The notes under the pieces are model-generated. The model was given only the letters and a program-made list of their open reading frames with translations, ran no database searches and was not told where the DNA came from. From assembly GCF_000143415.4 (NCBI RefSeq), contig NW_003314271.1, positions 186,001-250,000 on the forward strand: a stretch of DNA of 64,000 nt. Reading direction: 5' to 3'. Position numbers and translations under genes: made by a program. Below are positions 50,070-63,300 of the stretch, piece by piece. Source of the stretch: Selaginella moellendorffii. Taxonomy: Eukaryota; Plantae; Lycopodiophyta. Within the stretch, counting starts at the first letter, position 1. Every line of letters begins with the position of its first letter.

Positions 50070-52136
50070 CGGCAAAAAGAAAGAAAAAAAGGGGGAAAAA
50101 GACAAAGGCAATCAAACAATCGAAACGAGCTAAAGCAAAAGTAAAAAGAAAAATCTGAATCAAACTGTCAAGACCCCTAACAAGATCAAGATTGGAAAAT
50201 GCAAAAGACAAAGAGAAAAGCTAGTGGAAGAAAAGAAGAGGCCTTAGACTGGCGTTGATTCAAATTGTGGAGAAATGGAACAAGGCTAACCTATATATAC
50301 TATAGGTTGATGAAGCTCCACCACTCTTGGATCGAGGACGGCCTAAATATAATTGAGGTCGAGGAGGCGCCACATCAATATCAGGAATGTGGCTCGAGAC
50401 TCAGGAATCGTACAAGAAATTAGAGAGTCAGGAATAGGGAAGTGTCTCAAGAGTTAGAAATAGGGAAGTGTCTCGAGAGTCAGGAATAGGGAAGTGTCTC
50501 GAGAATCAAGAATGTGGTCTGCAAGTCAGGAATCCGGCGAGAGTCAAGAATGTGGCAAGAATTGGGGGATTCTTGACAGCTTCGGCACTTCGTGTGCATG
50601 GTGAAATCTTTAGTCATGGGGTAGCTATTGTTGACTGGTTATATCACCCGTCTCTCTGTCGATGTTCCTTATTCCATTAAAAGGGCGTGACCGTGTAAAC
50701 AACTCTAATTGCCTGTTTATAGTAGTTTATCTAAACCTTACCAACAGGTTTGGTTTCTTTGCTCATGAGGGTTGGGGCCTTTAGCTTCTCTCTCTATGTT
50801 CCTGCAGGTAGGGGTGTATCACATTTTTGTAAGTTGGGTGACACCCAGAGCAGCAAGGGTGGCTGACTCTGTTGGTTATTTCCTTGTCGGCGACGGCCGG
50901 AAGGTGTCTGAGCTGGTAGCGCATCCGCGTTAGACAAAGAGGTTACCTCCTAGCTCATTTAAGTTGGTGCAATTCTTACATAGTGTGAATACCGTGAACT
51001 TTTTCTGGAGTTGTTTCCTTGGCAGTATTCTAGACTTGAGTATGCATCGACGAGGACGTCAATCTTCCCTAGGGGGGGAGAGTGTTGCGAATGTGACTTC
51101 GGGTATTGAAAGTTATCTGTTGGCTAGTCCTTATGGACATTCTTTCCTTACTACCATGATGGCAGGAGACCGGTATTGCTGGTTCCCTTTATCAACCCCT
51201 CTTGTTCAAGTGTTAGTAAACTGGGCTTAACACCTATACTTAGCCAGATGGACATAAGGTAGGAACTTCTATGTGTTTCTAGCTGAGCATACTCGGCCTG
51301 ACTCTTAGTTCTCTTTTGCTCTGTTTTGCACTGGCTTGACAAGAACCCTCACATATTGAGATTAGTCCCTCAATATTGCTGGATGATAGTTTACCATGTC
51401 TGCCAAACACCCTCGTTGTCATGCCCTTTGTGTTAGTCTCATTTCGGTCCCAAATGCTATTTATGGAAAGTGTTAGATTTGCTCATTTGGCACATCTACG
51501 GAATGTAGAGATTGTCCTAAACACAATGGTGTTCGTCCCATGTCCAAATTCACAATCTAGTGCCATTCCATATTTAGTAAGTTTTGAGCTTGTCCCAAAG
51601 ACTAACTCCTAATACTGTTCCTCAAGGGGGGGGGGGCCTGTGGGGGGTTCCAAATGTATAGTAGGGATAGTGGGTAGGTCGGTGTTTGTCCTTGTTCTAC
51701 GTTTGGCTTGGGTCTAAGCCCAAGTTGCATTCTATGCTAGCTGGTGGAGTACCCATGTCCTCACGTTAGGCCACCAATATGCCAAAATAGCGCCAGACTC
51801 CATTTAGCTTCATCTTGTGTCCTGGTCCTGGCATTGGGATGCTAGTTGCTCCAGGACTATTCCAAGTCGCTCCAGGCTCCTGTCCCTTTGCTCCTTGGGC
51901 TGTATGCTCGGGAGTTGCTTCGTGGACCGGTTCCATCACTCCTTGGCTCCATGCTTGGGAGTTTGGCACCGTTCTTTCGTTCAATGGCCCAAGGCCTTGA
52001 ACCTCAAGTTCCACACCACTGTCCTATGGACACGTGGCATATGACACGTGGCATAAAGTGGGTTTAGGTTCCGCTTTGTGGTGTTATCCTATAGCAAACC
52101 ACCATAGGATAAATGGTAAAAATCACGTGCACTACA

Positions 52137-52628
52137 TTGAGTCTTGAAAGTTTGCATTCCTCGACTGAGAGTCATTCTTTCTCTAGGATGGAAAATTTTC
52201 CACAAATTTTCTTAGACTTTTCCAATGGTTGATCTGTTGGTCACTTTGCTCAAAAACCATTTCGTTTTCGTAAGCCAGTACAAACTAGTGAAGGGGTTGG
52301 AGTTGACTTTGGTTAGCATAAACCTTAGTAGGTAGTTTGTATAATACGGCCCAAAAGGGATGCTGATTTTTGGGGCTAAGGCAATTGAGTTGGATAGAGT
52401 CTGAAGTTGGTGTAAAAAAGTGTCTGTTGCACTTTTCTAGAAAGGTGACACTTGTGCCTTTCTTCTGTAGTGTTATGTTTGGTGGCAGGTTGCACCTTGC
52501 ATTTCGTTACACTCTATGAGAGTAGTGAGCTCTCACTGATCTTGATTTGGTCTTGGTAGCTTTGCGCCTTTGCTGAGGATGGTGATGTTCAACTTAGTTG
52601 TTTGAGGTTGAGATGTTGGTACCCATAC
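52137..52628 (+). repeat. Family F internal fragment
   Basis: Colinear with ~24270-24760. Confidence 0.85.
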
Positions 52629-52629
52629 T

Positions 52630-52894
52630 GAGGTGGAGTCTGAGACGGAGTCTGAGATGGGCCGAGACGGAGTCCGAGATGGAGTCCGAGATGGACCCGA
52701 GATGGAATCCGAGATGGAATCCGAGATGGAGTCTGAGATGGACCCAAGATGGGGTCCGAGGTCGAGACCGAGACTGGGACCGAGACCGAGACCGGGACCA
52801 AGACCGGGACCGAGACCGAGACCGAGACCGCGATCGAGACCGAGACCGAGACCGCGATCGAGACCGAGACCGAGACCGGGGCCGAGGCCGAGAT

Positions 52895-52934
<40 letters not shown>

Positions 52935-55900
52935 TCCGAGTCCGAGTTCGAGTTCGAGTTCGAGTCTAAGAGGGTGAAAGCCCAAAGCATTCATCTCCCA
53001 GACCCTGGGGGGTTTGGTGAGCTCCAAAAGTATAGTAGAGAGAGGACTACAGTGGAGCCAATTTGGCCAGGAAAGGCCAGTTTGGCCCAGGAAGGCTGTA
53101 CCCAGGTGTTGGGTGGTGAGCTGCCCACTGGGAAGTCCAAGACTAGAGTGAACATGGACTGACAAGTGGGGTAGCTTGGTGAAGTGTTCAAGAGCCGGCT
53201 CTAGTTCCCCCGGGAGATCAACTGGCCGATGCTCCCAGTCCAAGTGTGGGTGGCACTACCTACTTGGATACCTAGTGTGGCTCAACGGAACCTTGCTCTA
53301 AGCCCATGGCTAGAGCACCCAAAGGCAGAAGGCGAGGAGAGTACCCATGAGGCCTACGTATGGCCACGATGTTCCGAAATGTTGTCCCAAAGGCCCAGAC
53401 TGTGGAAAGGAAGAGGAGTAGTCCTCTGGAGTAGAGACCAAGGATACAACCGTGTGGTGAGGAAGTCCCAGAGGACAGTTGGATTTAGTGGTCGGGCTTG
53501 TGGGCCTTGATCTAGTGGCAGTGTTCGCGAACACAGCCATAAAGGGAAAGGGACTTGGTGGGGACCGGAAAAAAGATATTGGGGAAGGCTATTCCCCATA
53601 TCTGAGGGCATCCTAAGGATGCTAAGGGGTGGATCTGGGATGATCCCTCGTGGACGGATGGCCTAGCCTTTGAAAGACGGGATTGTAATGTAGGTGGTAT
53701 TGGACCACCGATGTGACCAAGGTGAATAGGCATGGCCTAGCGTAACGGGTTGGTGTATCAGTGGTACCTTGGGGTGTCAGTCAAGGGATCAGACATGTGG
53801 AGCACTTGGACCAAGTGCAAAGGTTGAGTGGCATGGATGCCATTCTCGGGGATAGCAAGCCCCAAGTCCGGAATAGGATTTATGGACGTTGTGAGTGAGA
53901 CTCCTCTAAGTGGTCGGAGGTGTGGTTAAGTGACTAAAGTAGAATGGAAAAATTAGTCGCTTACAACTTGGTATCGGAGCTGTTCCTTAGTTCGACTCTT
54001 ATTGGTGGCCAAGTATATCACCACTTGTATTGGAATTGGAAAGTCCTAGGTATGGACCTATCCTCGAGGAGTAGCATATCAAGAGGATATAGCTCTCCAC
54101 TCGAGTTCATGCGTGAACTTGTGCGTAATGTGGTGGATGGAAAAGGGCCAGTAAGGGAACTACTTTGGGATCTTGGGAACAGTATAAGGTTTCCTCAGAG
54201 AGTTGAGGATGTGATCCAGATGAGCGTTTGACGCAGCAAACGGGCTAAAGTAGTTGTGATAAACAACTATAGTTGGGATCACGGGAAAAATACAGACTCC
54301 AAAACGATAAAGGAGTCACAAAATTACCCTCATATAGTTGAGGCTGATGCTCATAAATTTGAGACTAGAATTGATGACCGTGGGAGGTCAAATACGGAAG
54401 AGGACACAAGTCCTTGAAATGGTAGCTAGGGCTACCTTTAATAAATGTTGGAACAACCCAAGGAGTGGGGGGTGTACTTAGAAGATGAGTTGGTATTCTC
54501 GTCACGTGGACAAGTGGTCATAAGGGGCAAAAGGTTGCCTCTAGAGAACAAATCAAGTGTCGGAGTAACACTTGCAAAGATGGTCTTTCCGAGTAGGACA
54601 TGAATACAAGGAGTTGTATTCCAGTGAGCTAGCACCTCAAAAGTAGGACCTCATAAGTCCTCGGATTAGCAAAGTCCAAAAAGATGAATGACTCCAATAA
54701 AGTCAAGGAATAATCCTAAGGGATTGATGGAAGCATTTGGACTGAGGTGTGTGGTGCCCCACGAAGGATGGGGAGGATCTTGAGATCCAAGCATGAGAAC
54801 CGTGTGTATCTCATTGATGGCAGAAGGTGCCATGCTAAAGTCGTGGGAAAGAGTTTCTCGGAAGAAAACAACTTTGACACAAAGTTGTGCATAAACTCTA
54901 TGGTGCAGTGCTAATGGATAAGTGGCATAAGAGACAACTATATTGGTCTTGGCAAAAAGACCTAGACACAAGTAAGAAGTGTCATAAAGGTAGGCTCGTG
55001 GAGCCAATGGTGTGGAGACACCGTTGGTGGGTTCATGAAAACCCTATCCAAAGGAATTCCAATGGAAATGGGAATGGCATAGCCTAAGCTAGAAGGCATG
55101 CGGTTAGAGTGTGGTGACCCAGATAATAATGGAGGTGTGGAAGCACCAGCAATGAGTTGTAGGACTTGACAACTATGAGGCAACTAAGCAAAAAGTGCAA
55201 AATAATTCGTTAAACTGGTAGAAGGCAACTACCTAAGACTTCTTATTAGGATAAGGAAGTTAAATATACCCTTATGAGGGATAAATTGCTTATGTTGCAA
55301 TATAATAAGTCAATGTCAAAAGGAGAATATTCATTGTCAAAGAGACCATCATTGAGACACCCAAACACTCTAGAACACTAGAAGGTGGTGTTTGGTGTTA
55401 TGAGGGCAATGAATAAGGCCCAAGGGACTAAGTCCTTAGTGAATGATGGATAGGAAATGCCATCCAAATGTCCAAGGTTGTGGAGACGGGAGGAATCTGT
55501 CTACCCGATTTGGACAAAGCCAAAAATGGGATTTTGGCAAAGCTAGTGATGGGCATATCGAGACCCATAAGTAGCAACGATAATTTCGGTGTGTGGGATT
55601 ATAAGGTGAGCATGCCTAAATTGAGGAACCACTCCCTAAACTATTAGGTAAGTTCATCCCTATAAATACTTGCTAAGGCATGGTAAAATGTGCAAAGCTA
55701 TCCTCCTAGTCTGGAGGAGAATAACCAAAGGAAATATATGGGGCTAAAAGGCAAGTAGTATTGGGATGGAACTGAACCATAGAATCGAAGGGCATAACCA
55801 ACGGTGGTTATGTAAGTTAAGAGTGGAGAATCAAGAGGGTGCTCGAGGATGTTGTTACTAGCAACCGCAATGCCATGGAGAGTCTAGAATATGGAATTAT

Positions 55901-58900
55901 CCATGTTGGACCATATGGTGAGTAGGGAGCTTGCAAAGGAGAAGCCTTAGCAAGCTAAAGGACAGAGTTCTTAGAAGGTTCTCGAAGACAATCCTAGGTA
56001 GATAAGTACCTAGTCAGCCAAGTGTAAATGGTTTATAGAATGCACGAAATCAGAGTGGCGCAGCAGAAGCATGGTCTTGAAGCTTGTCATGAAGCGAGGC
56101 TATCAAGGTTGGGGAAGTAGTTCCCGAGTGTTCAAAGAGAGGGCTTTGAACAAAAATCAATGGTTAAGGACTTTCACACTTATGCATGAACCATGTTACA
56201 GTGGCCGGATGACTTGCTAAGTGAGATTGGCAAGTCGGGGGAACGAATACCCTAGTTAAAGGAGCCAACTTCAAAGGGTGGCCCATGGGGCCGAGCATGG
56301 AGGAGTCCATGCATGATCACAGACATGTCAAGTGAGAGGACTTGGCAGTGTGGAGGAACTAGGTTCCTAAGTTGTGATCTGTAGCACACTTTAAATATAA
56401 GTTGGTGCACCGGCGTGGGGAGTCATACCAGGCATCCTGTGTGATGCCGTCTGTAGATGCATATACGGAGGTTGGGTTCAAGTCCCGACCCTCTAGTGCT
56501 TGGGTTTGAGTCCCAAATCACTAGGGCGTGGTGATGGTTTGGAATATGAGGACACTCATTTTTCAGTGGTCATGGACTCTCAGTGAGGAGATTGGTTTGG
56601 GCACACCGCCAAGCGAGGGATGCCTCGGAGTTGTGATGCACAATTGGATTGCTTAGTGTGGCTCGGTATATTTAACTTGAACACTTGGTGCGAGTGGCAC
56701 CAAGGACGTGGTGAATGAGATAGGGACACCCAGTCTCAGTTGTTATGGACCCTTGGCTGAAAGGGCTAGCTTGGGTGCACCGCCAAGTGTGGGGGATGCC
56801 CCCGAGGTCATGGTGAACAACTTAAAGGTTTGGAAGACTTAATACCTATTGGCAAACCGGTTAAGGTGCCAATGTGTGATCACTAGGTGATCTTATGGCT
56901 AAAAACAAGGACAAAGTCCTTGTGAGGTTAAGGGATAAAGTTCCTAGTTCAAAGTGTTGGTTTGAACTATTGATGATGGTGTGGCTTAGTCAAGGTGACC
57001 AAGTGGGAAGGACACCTTAGGGAAATGATTTGTGACTATGCGATGGCATAGTGAGTCCGAAGAAAGTAGTCTCTATAAGAGACCCATGGGAGGGTCACAA
57101 AGTTGGGCCAGGGATAGAGCCCACAGTAGAAAATCCTAAAGAGACGTACTAGGGGTGAACACCCTCTGGACTTGGCAAAGCAAAAGTCTTTGCTATGGAA
57201 CCGAAGGATACCTCGAGAACAGAGATAGTGATCCGATGTTGCTAGGTGTAGCAATCAAGGATAGGAGCAAAAGACTAGTGGCTAAGTAAAGAGCCATGGG
57301 AATCATGGGAAAGAATCCAAATGACAAAGTTAGGCCAACAACACTAAGGTGTTAGGCGCTGACGAATTGTGGGAAAGACAATGTGTTTCTAAGGATGGAT
57401 TCCCAACTGCTCCGATTTAGCGAAAGTGGAAGCTCCAAGGGAGGGAGCAGTAAGGTAGCCAAATGATGGGGCCATGGACAACTCTAGCACAAAGTATGAT
57501 AACTGGAACTTAGTGCCCAAGATGGCACAAAATAAAAGAAAGGATGATGGTGCTCTCAAGTAGAGAACTTCTTAGGATGGGGAAGTGGAGTTGTACAATA
57601 TGTGCAATACAAGGTGTCGGAGACACCTAGGAAATTGACTCTGAGAAGTCAAAATTAAAAGTTCCAAAGTGCAAAGGTTATGTCGATGGGATTTGAGACT
57701 ACTCAAGAATGAGTAGTGGAATTGAGTTAGAGACGGTGTCTTTAATGGGTTTAGCAAAAATTGAATCAATAAAAGGGAGCAAACCACCCTAGATGGTCGA
57801 ATGAGTCTCTATATTGGAAAGACTATGCTCCTTAGAGGATGGACAAGGCATGGTGAGCCTTCGGTATCAAACCATAGACAAATATTGACTGGGTGCCAAG
57901 GATGGAAATGGTAACACGTGCGGGTGCTACTTTATGAAAGGGTTTACCATTCAATGAAGACATCGAACTTCGTCTATGGGTGGTGGAGTTGTGAGACACA
58001 AAATCCCTATGCCCCAAAGTGGAACTGGAAGGGCGCCACGTGGTAGTGGCTGAAAAGGAAAGCCAGACGAGTGTAACACATTTGGACTAAAAGCTTCAAC
58101 TTGAAAGGCCGAGAGCGGGAGTGAAACTCCCAACAAAGTGCTTGAGGAATGAGCACAAAGCGAGCAATAAGCGAGGCTCTAAAAAGGGACCCAAAAGGAC
58201 CAACGCATGCCACGTGGAAGTGTCTGAGACGGACCCGAGACGGAGTCCGAGATGGAGTCCAAGATGGAGTCCAAGATGGACCAAGATGGAGTCCAAGATG
58301 GAGTCTGAGATGGAGTCCAAGATGGAGTCCGAGATGGACCAAGATGGAGTCCGAGATGGACCAAAATGGAGTCCGAGATGGACCGAGATGGAGTCTGAGA
58401 TGGAGTCCGAGATAGACCGAGTTGGAGTCTGAGATGGAGTCTGAGATAGACTGAGACGGAGTCCGAGATGGATCCGAGATGGATCCGAGATGGATCCGAG
58501 ATGGAGTCCAAGATGGAGTCCGAGATGGACCCGAGATAGAGTCCGAGATGGACCGAGATGGAGTCCGAGATGGACCGAGATGGAGTCCGAGATGGACCCG
58601 AGATGGAATCCGAGATGGAGTCTGAGATGGACCCAAGATGGGGTCTGAGGTCGAGACCGAGACTGGGACCGAGACCGAGACCGCGATCGGGACCGAGACT
58701 GAGACCGGGACCGAGACCGAGACCGGGGCCGAGGCCGAGACCGAGCCCGAGCCTGAGTCCCAGTCCGAGTCCAAGTCCGAGTCCGAGTTTGAGTCTAAGA
58801 GGGTGAAAGCCCAAAGCATTCGTCTCCCAGACCCTGAGGGGTTTGGTGAGCTCCAAAAGTATAGTGGGGGGAAGACTGTAGTGGAGCCAATTTGGCCAGG

Positions 58901-59793
58901 AAAAGCCAGTTTGGCCCAAGAAGGCTGTACCCAGTGTTGGGTGATGAGCTGCCCACTGGGAAGTCCAAGACTAGAGTGAACACGGACCGACAAGCAGAGT
59001 AGCTTGGTGAAGTGTTCAAGAGCCTGCTCTAGTTCCCTTGGGAGATCGATTGGCCGATGCTCCCAGTCCAAGTGTGGGTGGCACTACCTACTTGGATACC
59101 TAGTGTGGCTCAACGGAACCTCGCTCTAAGCCCATGGCTAGAGCACCCAAAGGCAGAAGGTGAGGAGAGTACCCATGAAGCTTGCGTATAGCCACGGTGT
59201 TCCGAAATGTTGTCCCAAAGGCCCAGACTGTGGAAAAGAAGAGGAGTAGTCCTCTGGAGTAGAGACCAAGGATACAGTCGTGTGGTGAGGAAGTCCCAGA
59301 GTACAGTTGGATTTAGTGGTCGGGCTTGTGGGCCTTGATTTAGTGGCAGTGTTGGCGAACACAACCATAAATGGAAAAGGACTTGGTGGGGACCGGAAAA
59401 AAGATATTGGGGAAGGCTATTCCCCATATCTGAGGGCATCCTAAGGATGCTAAGGGGTGGATCTGGGATGATCCCTCATGGACGGATGGCCTAACCTTTG
59501 AAAGACGGGATTGTAATGCAGGTGGTATTGGACCACCGATGTGACTAAGGTGAATGGGCATGGCCTAGCGTAATGGGCTGGTGTATCAGTGGTACCTTGG
59601 AGTGTCGGTCAAGGGATCGGACATGTGGAGCACTTGGACCAAGTGCAAAGGTTGAGTGGCATGGATGCCATTCTCAAGGATAACAAGCCCCAAGTCCGGA
59701 ATAGGACTTATGGAGGTTGTAAGTGAGACTCCTCTAAGTGGTCGGAGGTGTGGTTAAGTGACTAAAGTAGAATGGAAAAATTAGTCGCTTACA
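52630..59793 (+). mobile_element. Family G non-autonomous LTR element (5' LTR truncated)
   Basis: LTRs ~52630-53965 and 57990-59793; PBS TGGTATCGGAGC 53969; PPT GGGTGGTGGAGT; 3' internal region homologous to B 489-810. Confidence 0.9.
58225..58797. repeat. GAG-NNN hexamer array in the G LTR (others at 52630-52967 and 60540-61085)
   Basis: (GAGATG/GAGTCC/GAGACC/GAGCCC)n. Confidence 0.95.
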
Positions 59794-60309
59794 ATTGAGT
59801 GGCAAATTGAGTTAGTTGTGTTCTAGACAAGATTATTTAGTAGGGGTTGAGTTTTGAGCTTTTCTTTGAAAAGTGATTTAGTCATGGACTATGCTAACTT
59901 TACAAGAGGTAGAGTTAGTGATCAATATTGAAGATGTTGGTTCCTTGTTGGATTTCAGTTGAGATATATCAATCATTGATGATTTATCTTGTGCTTATTA
60001 TGAAGTGAGTTACGTCTTGCTATAGATTTATTCATTGAGGATTTATCTTGTGCTTATTATGAAGTGAGTTACGTCTTGCTATAGATTTATTCATTGAGGA
60101 TCGGTTTAATAGTCACTTGTTGAGCATAGTTTCATTGTGCTTAGCTTTTGGATTGATGCAAATATGCTCCTCATTAGCTTTGACATTACGAAGTTTAGCT
60201 TATGGATGTGTTGAGGAGGATATTATGGGTTATACCATGATTTCTTCTTTAGTATTGACATTAGTTCATATAAGACTGTGATCATTATAGACAAAGACTT
60301 AGTTATAGG
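59794..60309 (+). repeat. Family F internal fragment with a ~59-bp tandem duplication
   Basis: Colinear with ~43545-44000; duplication ~59980-60100. Confidence 0.85.
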
Positions 60310-63300
60310 TGTGAGACACAAAATCCCTAGGCCCCAAAGTGGAGCCGGAAGGGCGCCACATGGTAGTGGCCGAAGCGAGAGCCAAACGAGCGTAACACGT
60401 TTGGACCAAAAGCTCCGACTTGAAAAATCAAGAGCGGGAGTGGAACTCCCAAAGAAGTGCTCGAGGAACGAGCACGAAGCAAGCAAAAGGCGAGGCTCCA
60501 AAAAGGGACCCAAAAGGGCCAACACATGACACGTGGGAGTGTCCGAGATGGACCCGAGTTGGAGTCCGAAGTGGAGTCCGAGATGGACCCGAGTTGGAGT
60601 CCGAAGTGGAGTCCGAGATGGACCCGAGATGGAGTCTGAGAAGGAGTCCGAAGTGGAGTCCGAGATGGACCCGAGATGGAGTCCGAGATGGAGTCCGAGA
60701 TGGAGTCCGAGGTGGACCCGAGATGGACCCGAAATGGAGTCCGAGATGGAGTCCGAGATGGACCCGAGATGGAGTCCGAGATGGAGTCCGAGGTGGACCC
60801 GAGAGGGACCCGAAATGGAGTCCGAGATGGAGTCCGAGATGGACCCGAGATGGAGTCCGAGATGGAGTCCGAGATGGACCCGAGATGGACCCGAGATGGA
60901 GTCCGAGATGGAGTCCGAGATGGAGTCCGAAGTCGAGACCGAGACCGGGACCGAGACCGAGACCGAGACCGAGATCGGGACCGAGACCGAGACCGAGGCC
61001 GAGGCCGAGACCGAGCCCGAGCCCGAGTCCGAGTCCGAGTCCGAGTCCGAGTCTGAGTCCGAGTCCAAGTCCGAGTCCGGAGCCTGAGAGGGTGAAAGCC
61101 CAAAGCGTTCGTCTCCCAGACCCTGGGGGGTTTGGTGAGCTCCAAAAGTATAGTAGGGGGAGGACTGCAGTGGAGCCAGTTTGGCCAGGAAAGGCCAGTT
61201 TGGCCCAGGAAGGCCGGACCCAGGGTTGGGTGAGGAGCTGCCCACTGGGAAGTCCAAGACTAGAGTGAACACAGACCGACAAGTGGGGTAACTTGGTGAA
61301 GTGTTCAAGAGCCGGCTCTAGTTCCCCCGGGAGATCGACTGGCCGATGCTCTCAGTCCAAGTGTGGGTGGCACTACCTACTTGGATACCTATCGTGGCTC
61401 AACGGAACCTCGCTCTAAGCCCATGGCTAGAGCACCTAAAGACAAAAGGCGAGGAGAGTACCCAGGTGGCTTGCGTAAGGCCACGGTGTTCCGAAATGTT
61501 GTCCCAAAGGCCCAGACTGTGGAGAGTAAGAGGCGCAGTCCTCTGGGGTAGTGACCAAGGACACAGTCGTGGGGTGAGGAAGTCCCAGAGGACCGTGGGA
61601 CTTAATGGTCGGGCCTGTGGGTCTCGATCCAGTGGCAGTGTTGGCAAACACGGCCAGGGGCAGAAAAGGACTTAGTGGGGACTGACAGAGGGATATTGGG
61701 GAAGGCTATTCCCCTTGTTGGTGGGCATCCTAAGGATGCTAAGGAGTGGATCTGAGATGACCACTCACGGATGGTTTGCCTAGTCTTGGAGAGCCAAGAC
61801 TGTGATGCAAGTGGTAGTGGACTACCAGTGTGGCAAAGGTGATTGGGCATGGCCTTAGCGTAACGGGCTGCTATGTCGGTGGTGCCTTTGAGTGTCGGTC
61901 ATGGGATCGGACACGTGGAGCACTTGGACCAAGTGCAAATGTTGAGTGGCATGGATGCCATTCTCGGGGCTAGCAAGTCCCAAGTCCTGGATTGGACTTA
62001 TGGAGGTTGTGAATGAGACTCCTCCAAGTGGTCGGAGGTGTGGTTAAGTGACTAAAGTAGAATGGAAAATTTAGTCGCTTACAATTTGGTATCGGAGCTG
62101 TTCCTTAGTCCGACTTTTATTGGTGCTCAAGTATATCACCACTAGTGTTGGCATCGGAAGGTCCGAGGAATGGGCCTATCCTTGAGGAGTAGCAAGTCGG
62201 GAAGACATGGCTCTCCATTACAGTTCATGTGTGAACTTGTAGACGAGGTGGTGGATAGAAAAGGGCTAATAATGGAACGACTTTGGGATCTTGGGAACAG
62301 TGCAAGGTTTTCCTCATTAAGTTGAGGATGTGATCCGGATGAGCATTTGTCTCAGCAAATTGGCTAAGGTTGTTGTGGTAAACAACTAAAGTTGGGATCA
62401 CGGGAAAGATAGAGACTCCAAAACAATAAAGGAGTCACAAGATTATCCTCATATAGTTGAGGTTGGTGCTCATGAATGTGAGACCAGAGGTAATGACCGT
62501 GGGAGGTCAAATACGGAAGAGGACTCAAGTCCTTGAAATGGTAGCCGGGGCTACCTTTAATAAATGCTGGAACAACCCAAGGAGTTGGGGGGTGTACTTA
62601 GAGATGAGTGGTATTCTCATCGCATGGACAAGTAGTCCTAAGGGGCAAAAGTTGCCTCCAGAGAACAAAATCAAGTGTCGGAGTAACACTTGTGAAAATA
62701 GTCCTTTTGAGTAGGACAGGAATGCAAGAAGTGTATTCCAGTGAGCTAGTGCCTCACAAGTAGGACCTTACGGGTCTGTGGATTAACCAAGTCCAAAACT
62801 GCTGGATGACTCAAGTAGAGTCAACGGATGGTCCTAAAAGGACTGATGGAAGCATTTGGACTGTGGTGTGTTGTACCCCACAAAGGATGGGGGGGGGATC
62901 ATAGGATCCAAGGATGAGGACAGAGGGTATCTCATCGATGGCAAAATGTGCCATGCTAAAGTTATGGGAAAGGTGTTCCCAGAAGAAAACAACTTTGACA
63001 TAAAGTTGTGTGTGACCTTTATGGTGCAGTGCTAACAGATGGTTGGCATGAGAAAGAGCGGTGTTGGTCTTGGCAAAGACTTAGACACGAAGGGGAAATG
63101 TCATAGAGGTAGGCTCGTGGAGCCGATGGTGTGGAGACACCAAATGTGCCAAGGTGTGATACCTTGAGGCTATGTTGGTGGGTTCATGAGAACCCCTTGC
63201 CAAAGGAATCCCAATGGAAATGGGAACAGCATAGCCTAAGCTGCAGAGCATGCAGTTGGAGTGTGGTGACCCAGATAATGATGGAGGTGTGAAAGCACCA

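Larger units (their letters stand above)
44930..50578 (-). mobile_element. Full-length Tcn1/Tf1-like self-priming chromovirus
   Basis: 413-bp LTRs 44930-45342 and 50166-50578; TSD GCTTC; PPT GAGGAGGGGG; no tRNA PBS; gag, PR, RT, RH, INT and chromodomain all present. Confidence 0.95.
39259..52136 (+). mobile_element. Family F element (older) carrying the nested Tcn1-like element
   Basis: LTRs 39259-40452 and 51083-52136; PBS 40455; PPT 51071-51082; internal region colinear with 22527-27531. Confidence 0.9.

Noticed and set aside
58007-61308. Long ORFs (up to 361 aa) rich in SD, RD, SP and LG repeats
   Set aside because: They arise from stop-poor hexamer arrays open in several frames on both strands inside LTRs; no protein evidence.
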